Notes under the pieces: generated by a model
The model's database searches: none
What the model saw: only the letters and a program-made list of their open reading frames with translations
Told to the model about the DNA's origin: nothing
NCBI RefSeq assembly: GCF_018350175.1
Contig: NC_058368.1
Coordinates: forward strand, 189,660,001 to 189,724,000
DNA length: 64,000 nucleotides
Origin: Felis catus
Taxonomy: Eukaryota
Reading direction: 5' to 3'
Part shown: positions 62,093 through 64,000 of the stretch, piece by piece
Position numbering within the stretch: position 1 is the stretch's first letter
Layout: each line of letters starts with the position of its first letter
Made by a program: the position numbers and the translations under genes

Positions 62093-63542
62093 AAACTGTA
62101 AACATTTAAACAAGGATGTGAATTCATATTCTGAGTAGTCAGTGACTTAAATTACTAACCTCTCATCCTAGCCCTCTGTGGTTTGATTCCTCAAGGAAAG
62201 CTTTTCCACCAAGTCTATAGAATAGTCCATGTTTTTGCTTTTCACAGAGCTCTCCTGTGCAGATCTCTTGTCCAAATGGGTTGGCTGAGACATTTCTATG
62301 AAAATACTATATACATCAATGATTCCCAAAGAGAACAAGCATTCCCCTCACCCCTACCAAAACTCCACCCAGAGAGACTTACCAGACATGGTGGGGGGGG
62401 GGGGCATATAATTTGAAAACACTCAAATAAATGACATAATTTTATAGTTAGAAAATGAAATATATACAGCTTTTTTTATAATACAAATTATAGAATGCAT
62501 CACATTTCTAAAATGGAGGCATGGGTTTTAAAACTTGAGAAGTGCCAACCAGATACTAGAGAGATCCCAGTTTCCAGGTATTCCCTGAGCTCAGTAGAAG
62601 CCATTTCTCTTCAAAAGAGACCCTGTGGTCATAGGGTCCAGTTAAAAAGAGAGCATCCCTGGAAAAGTCACAGGAATATTATTCTCCCGGCTGAATCCAC
62701 CCTGTGGCTAGTTGGCACTTGGCAACCTGACAAGTGTTTTACATTCAAAAGGTCAGACTCTGAGTGAATCTGCCCAGAGACTCTGGTACCACTCACGCCT
62801 GGATGCCCAGGCCCAGCGTCTGTCCCCTGCCCCTGCCATTCTGACAGCTCTGGAGGAAGGGACCCAGGTCCCTGGTTTGGGCTGTCAGCACAATGACGGC
62901 AGCCCTTTTACTGAAGGTCAAGCTCTAATTCTCACTCCAGGGAGCTTTCCCTCTCTTTCTCTCTTTCAGCTTGTTTATCTTCATAATTGTTGGTATTTTT
63001 CTGCTACTTTACATTCTTCAAAACATTTTCCCTTTCACATTCTTATTTGATTCTCTCTGCTAGAAAGGAGTATCAGAGTAAGTAGTTTCCCTTTTGTAAA
63101 AACAAACTGAGGCCTAGAGAGGCCAGGCAATTGAGGATTGGAAGAAAGTAGAAAGTGGTGATGAAGAACAAAGGCTCTGGAGTTAGAATCCTGCCAGTTA
63201 CTAACCAAGTGACCTTGGGCAAACTACATAAGCTCTCTCTGACTCAGTTTTTTTCTCATTTCATAAGGTTTTTCAAGAACAAATCATCATAAGTAAAATG
63301 CCTGGCATATAACAATAGCACCATAAGCCATCAGTATATTCCTATTATTTATAGTGCTTCTGTTGTCATATAGATAGTGAATGGCAAAGTGAGGACTAGA
63401 ACACACATCCATGGGCCTGATAGCCATACCACCTGTCTCCGTCTTTCAATAAATAGAGTGGTGGTTCTGTTCTGCTTTCCCAAATAAGAAGTAAGCTATC
63501 TCATGAAGGAGTAGTCTAGAGGTCTCCTTTAAACCCATCTTT

Positions 63543-63579
63543 TTATTTATTTTTTTTAATAATTTTTTTAATGTTTATT

Positions 63580-63611
<32 letters not shown>

Positions 63612-63735
63612 CATGAGCAGAGGAGGAACAGAGAGTGAGAGAGAGGGAGACACAGAATCTGAAGCAGGATCCAGGTTCTGAGCTGTCAGCACAGAGCCCA
63701 ACACAGGGCTCAGACCCACAAACCACAAGATTATG
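63543..63735 (-). mobile_element. 5'-truncated CanSINE
   Basis: TSD ACCCATCTTT at 63533-63542 and 63736-63745; the head is missing. Confidence 0.9.
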
Positions 63736-63757
63736 ACCCATCTTTAGAAAGTGTTTT

Positions 63758-63975
63758 GGGGGTACCTGGGTGGCTCAGTCGGTTAGGTGTTGGACTTCAG
63801 TTCAGGTCATGATCTCGTGGTTCGTGAGTTCGAGCCTCATGTTGGGCTCTGTGCTGACAGCTCAGAGCCTAGAGCCTGCTTCAGATTCTGTGTCTCCCTC
63901 TCTCTCTGCCCCTCTCCTGCTCACAATCTGTTTCTCTCTCTCTCAAAAATAAATAAACATTAAAAAATTAAAAAG
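63758..63975 (+). mobile_element. CanSINE
   Basis: Head 'gggggtacctgggtggctcagtcggttag', (CT)n segment and A-rich tail. Confidence 0.93.
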
Positions 63976-64000
63976 AACATATTTTCTTATAGTTTACTAA

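Noticed and set aside
1..64000. CRISPR array, operon or other prokaryote-type system; intact host gene
   Set aside because: The sequence is mammalian. The regularly recurring repeats are SINEs with TSDs, not repeat-spacer arrays. The many 60-110-aa ORFs translate SINEs, LTRs or random sequence, and I could not support any spliced gene model.

Overview
This is mammalian genomic DNA, most likely from a felid (inferred from feliform CanSINE-type tRNA-derived SINEs and carnivore-type L1). It is repeat-rich and looks intergenic or intronic; I found no intact host protein-coding gene. The main contents are: (1) a full-length but inactivated L1 (16833-24375, +) with a 16-bp TSD, a SINE in its 5'UTR and an apparent short 3' transduction; (2) a decayed, intronless MARK2 retrocopy (~54281-57370, +), interrupted by an MLT1-type LTR and an L1MC-type 3' end and preceded by a CCAAT / CRE-like palindrome / TATA arrangement; (3) a 5'-truncated RPL23A processed pseudogene (-), one of six retrotranspositions piled into a ~120-bp ancestral target; (4) about 20 CanSINEs plus many old MaLR/ERV LTRs, hAT MERs, MIR/L2 and L1M fragments; (5) a repeat-free block near 30.6-31.3 kb with clustered PBX-HOX/MEIS motifs. 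Family names come from recalled consensus sequences, not a database search. I see no firm evidence of a wholly new biological system. The best leads are the possible former retrogene with its own promoter, the L1 3' transduction and the insertion hotspot.
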